This document shows positions 60,577 through 64,000 of a stretch of DNA of 64,000 nucleotides, piece after piece. A model generated the notes under the pieces. It did not search any database, was not told the origin of the DNA, and was given only the letters and a program-made list of their open reading frames with translations. Numbering within the stretch: position 1 is the stretch's first letter; each line of letters starts with the position of its first letter. Origin of the DNA: Thermodesulfobacteriota bacterium (lineage in GTDB: Bacteria; Desulfobacterota_D; UBA1144; Nemesobacterales; UBA2774); assembly GCA_965223335.1 (NCBI GenBank), contig OZ244991.1, positions 1,824,001 to 1,888,000 on the forward strand, given 5' to 3'. The translations under genes and the position numbers were made by a program.

Positions 60577-61824
60577 GTGGAGAGGTTAACCAAAGACTTA
60601 TCAGATTTTGACCCGATTGCAATAAGAGAAGATTTCCCCGTACTTAAACGCGAGATCAAGGGTAAACCCCTCGTCTATCTAGATAACGCTGCAACCAGCC
60701 AAAAACCGAGCTCCGTTATAGATGCTGTTAGCGACTATTACAAGAAGCATAACGCCAATATCCATAGAGCCGTACATACGCTCAGTTACGAATCCACTGT
60801 CCAATATGAGGAAGCCCACCAAAAGGTGGCAGACTTTATAGGGGCTGGGGACTGGCACCAGATAATTTTTACACGCAACGCCACAGAGTCTATTAACCTC
60901 GTTGCCTATGGGTGGGGATTAAAGAACTTAAATGAAGGTGATGAGGTGCTTATCACCATAATGGAGCACCACTCGAACATAGTGCCCTGGCAAATGCTAA
61001 AGGAGCGTAAGGGCATAGTGCTTCGCTATGTGGATGTGGGGGAGGACTCGAAACTGGATTTAGATAGTGTGCCGGCTCTAATCAATGAAAAAACTAAACT
61101 CGTGTGTGTGAATCACGCCTCAAATGTGCTGGGTGTTGTAAACCCGGTAAAAGAGATTGCCCGATATGCAAAAGAGGCGGGGGCCATGGTGCTTGTAGAT
61201 GCCGCGCAGTCTATCCCGCACCTGCCGATTGATATTAAAGAGCTTGGGTGCGATTTTTTGGCAGCGTCGGGCCATAAAATGCTGGGGCCTACAGGGATAG
61301 GGTTTTTATATGCTTCGGAGGATACTCTTGAGCAGATGGACCCGTTTATGTACGGCGGGGATATGATAGAGAAGGTAACAATGGAGTACTCAACATGGAA
61401 CGAGTTGCCGTGGAAATTTGAGGCGGGAACACCTAACATTGCCGGGGGGATAGGATTGGGTGCAGCTGTAGATTACCTTAATCAGATAGGGCCCGAGTAC
61501 ATAAAGGCGCACGAGGAGTATCTGTTGGATTACGCGTTGGAGAAGCTCGAAGCTATCCCTTGGATTACTCTTTATACTCCACACGAAGGGGATAGGGTGG
61601 GTGTGTGTTCGTTTAATGTGGAGGGTGTGCATCCCCACGACGTAGCCGGGGTTTTGGATGATGAGGGTATTGCGGTTAGGTCGGGGCATCACTGTGCACA
61701 GCCGCTTATGCACCGCCTGGGTATGGACTTTGGAGTGAGGGCGAGTTTCTATCTATACAACACCACTCAAGAAATAGATAAGTTTGTGGAAGCTCTCCAT
61801 AAATCTAAGAAGATATTCGGCTGA
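60577..61824 (+). CDS. sufS: Cysteine desulfurase, SufS type
   Basis: YLDNAATSQKP, EHHSN, SGHKM, RSGHHCAQP. Confidence 0.95.
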   Translation: MERLTKDLSDFDPIAIREDFPVLKREIKGKPLVYLDNAATSQKPSSVIDAVSDYYKKHNANIHRAVHTLSYESTVQYEEAHQKVADFIGAGDWHQIIFTRNATESINLVAYGWGLKNLNEGDEVLITIMEHHSNIVPWQMLKERKGIVLRYVDVGEDSKLDLDSVPALINEKTKLVCVNHASNVLGVVNPVKEIARYAKEAGAMVLVDAAQSIPHLPIDIKELGCDFLAASGHKMLGPTGIGFLYASEDTLEQMDPFMYGGDMIEKVTMEYSTWNELPWKFEAGTPNIAGGIGLGAAVDYLNQIGPEYIKAHEEYLLDYALEKLEAIPWITLYTPHEGDRVGVCSFNVEGVHPHDVAGVLDDEGIAVRSGHHCAQPLMHRLGMDFGVRASFYLYNTTQEIDKFVEALHKSKKIFG

Positions 61825-61826
61825 GT

Positions 61827-63518
61827 CTATTTGTACTGATCCGTACGCATCTTTATGTGTGTACCGAACGGATCGGGATCCATGTAATCGGAAAACTGAT
61901 ATTTATAGCTTAACATCCTTATGTCCTTGGGTGTGATATCGCGGGGATCGGAGTGGTTTAAAATCTTTGTGATGTGGAGCATATCTTCGTGAAAACCGGA
62001 CAGGTAGTTATGGACCCTGGTGGACTTGTCTCCTATAGTAAGCCCATGCATCCTCCATTTGCTGTTGGTTGTGATGCCGGTGGGGCACTCGTTAGTGTGG
62101 CAGTGGAGCGACTGGATACAGCCGAGTGCAAGCATTACACCGCGCGCAGTGTCGATGATATCTGTGCCGTAAGCAAAAGCCATAGCAGCGTGCGCCGGGG
62201 TGAGCAGCCGCCCTGAGCTGCTGATTACAATATTGTCTCTTATCCGCGCTTCCTTTAGTTTTGTGTGTAGATAGGATGTGGTCTCTATACAGTTGCCGAA
62301 CCCTACATAGTTCAAAAAGATATTGTCGCCGGCACCGGTGCCACCGTCAGAGCCGTCGATCTGGATTGCGTCGGGCCAATCCCCATACTGCTTCATTATC
62401 TCTACCAAGAGGTCAATTTCCTCGAGCCTGCCGACACATAGTTTGATGCCTACTGGGAGCTCTGTGAGCTTGCGGATTCTAACTATAAAATCCAGGAGCT
62501 TAATAATAGAATCTTTTGGTGTGCTTGCGATAACCTCGGCGTGTTGAGAGGGGCTGAGTACCATTTTCCAGGGCTCAACCTTTCTGACCTCGGCGATCTC
62601 GGGTGTGACCTTGCGGGCCGGCAACACCCCGCCCATAGCAGGTTTGGCACCTTGTGTGATTTTTAGCTGTATCATGTGTATGTTGTCGTTGGTTCGCACT
62701 AAATCGACTAAAAGGTCTTCATCCAAAAACCGTGTCGGTGTGCCGTCGTTTAGGGTACCCTCTTTTCCCACACCATACTTGCCTGTGCCGATCTGAAACA
62801 CAACGTCGTTGCCTGCAACCCCGTGAGGGCCGTAGCCCCCCTCGCCACAGTTTACATAGGCGACTTCTTTGGCGCCTATGCTTAGGCACTCGGCGGCTTT
62901 CCAGTTTATCGAGCCGTAGCTCATACCCGAGATATTTACGGTATTTGTAACCTTGAAAGGCCTGACATCGGGTCTGCGCTCGCCTATGACGACCTCGTAA
63001 GACGGCTGATCGCAGTGTCCGGGGAAATTGCGGTGCAGTATATGGGCTAGAGTCGTGTTCTCGAGGTCAAAGGAGTCGAGCTCAGTGCCGAAGCTTGCAA
63101 TGGCTTTTAGGTTTTTGGCTTTTTGATACACATAGTCGCGCACAATACGGGGGATGGGTCTGCCGTCGGTGTTGGTCTCGTTGAAGTACTGTAGGTACTT
63201 GTCGCGGAATGTGTCTTCGAATAGATACCTTAACCTGCCCAAAGGCCCATATATGCGCACTATGGTTTTATCGTTTTGAATAAATAGCTCGCGGAGACTA
63301 AAGATGATCCCCGTTAGTACAAGTATGCCTAGAGTGTAATCGTACCGTTTTGTGTATACACCGACCGGGATAGATATAATAAGGAGCAAGATGCATATGG
63401 AATCTACCAAAATTTCCAATATAGAACGTTTGGTAAAGGGCACAAGCGCACTTGCCTTGTCGACTCTATTTATCTTCTCGATAAATTTTCTGCCCTTGCG
63501 CGATAACTTATAGCCCAT
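61827..63518 (-). CDS. FMN-binding glutamate synthase family protein with N-terminal TMs
   Basis: ISGMSYG, FQIGTG, K..QGAKP..GG.LP, DG.DGGTGA, CIQSLHCHTNECP. Confidence 0.88.
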   Translation of the reverse strand: MGYKLSRKGRKFIEKINRVDKASALVPFTKRSILEILVDSICILLLIISIPVGVYTKRYDYTLGILVLTGIIFSLRELFIQNDKTIVRIYGPLGRLRYLFEDTFRDKYLQYFNETNTDGRPIPRIVRDYVYQKAKNLKAIASFGTELDSFDLENTTLAHILHRNFPGHCDQPSYEVVIGERRPDVRPFKVTNTVNISGMSYGSINWKAAECLSIGAKEVAYVNCGEGGYGPHGVAGNDVVFQIGTGKYGVGKEGTLNDGTPTRFLDEDLLVDLVRTNDNIHMIQLKITQGAKPAMGGVLPARKVTPEIAEVRKVEPWKMVLSPSQHAEVIASTPKDSIIKLLDFIVRIRKLTELPVGIKLCVGRLEEIDLLVEIMKQYGDWPDAIQIDGSDGGTGAGDNIFLNYVGFGNCIETTSYLHTKLKEARIRDNIVISSSGRLLTPAHAAMAFAYGTDIIDTARGVMLALGCIQSLHCHTNECPTGITTNSKWRMHGLTIGDKSTRVHNYLSGFHEDMLHITKILNHSDPRDITPKDIRMLSYKYQFSDYMDPDPFGTHIKMRTDQYK

Positions 63519-63646
63519 GATTATCTATTCTAAACAAAAGTTAATTCATAGTGAAGGTCATATTTGATAAATATTAGGTCTGATCAAGTTCGTTCCCAAA
63601 ATATATGCCCCATTGTGAAATTGAGTGTATGTGTTAGTTGCTAAGA

Positions 63647-64000
63647 CTATGGTTGTGTGTCCGGCTTTAGGACCAGTACAGAGCAGGGTGAGTATGGGAT
63701 TACACGTTCGGTGACAGAGCCTAGAATGAAGTGCTTTATACCGGTGCGGTTGTGAGTGTTTAGTATGGTGAGATCGGTGTTGTTTTCCGTGGCGTAGTTA
63801 TTAATGGAGGCTGCGGGGTTAAGACCATGAATAACGCTCGCAGTAATATTTACATTATCAATAGCTGCTTTGTCCAGGCCGCTTTTTTGTTTTAGGCTCG
63901 CAACCCTCTTTTCCAACTCCTTTTGTGAAAGTTTGATCACGGAGTCAAGTGCTCCCGCGGGGATCTCTTGCGCATACATGTCTAGCCTAAGTGCGTATAC
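63647..64000 (-). CDS. Universal stress protein (5' end outside window)
   Basis: LTILNTHNRTGIKHFILGSVTERVIPYSPCSVLV; frame open to window edge. Confidence 0.85.
   Translation of the reverse strand, partial: VYALRLDMYAQEIPAGALDSVIKLSQKELEKRVASLKQKSGLDKAAIDNVNITASVIHGLNPAASINNYATENNTDLTILNTHNRTGIKHFILGSVTERVIPYSPCSVLVLKPDTQP

Noticed and set aside
1..64000. Mobile elements, prophage or defence systems
   Set aside because: No transposase, integrase, phage structural, toxin-antitoxin or restriction genes recognised

Overview
Bacterial chromosomal window with no rRNA, tRNA, CRISPR array or mobile element seen. Gene content and the variant ccm system suggest a Desulfobacterota/Dadabacteria-like diderm, but this is an inference only. 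Left arm (0.1-7.7 kb): radical SAM + LLM oxidoreductase, an acidic 11-mer-repeat lipoprotein, xseB-ispA-tlyA, transaldolase, rpsT, holA, ndk. Centre (7.7-40.6 kb): a ~33 kb surface-polysaccharide locus. It starts with a divergent O-antigen-ligase-family gene. The operon then opens with an unusual secreted protein (FecR-like N-terminus, four NfeD-like OB-fold repeats, hydrophobic C-terminal tail). Next come wza, wzc, a TPR/CBM protein, a J-domain-TM-LysM-NTF2 protein, a UpxY-type NusG paralog and an sxtJ/sxtI/sxtK-like carbamoylation module. These are followed by wzm/wzt, many glycosyltransferases (two frameshifted), a Wzy-like protein, a second carbamoyltransferase, gmd/fcl, a priming transferase, cysC and UXS. 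Right arm: proA, a group-2-like sigma70, recN, rfbACB, pyruvoyl arginine decarboxylase and a sigma54-driven small ORF. After these come a variant cytochrome c maturation operon (CxxxY CcmE, atypical CcmC, CcmD fused to a lipoprotein domain), rsmE, cobA-hemD, sufU-sufS, an FMN glutamate-synthase-like protein and a partial USP. The best candidates for an undescribed system are the front module of the polysaccharide locus and the remodelled ccm operon. All domain calls are by-eye motif recognition; no searches were run.
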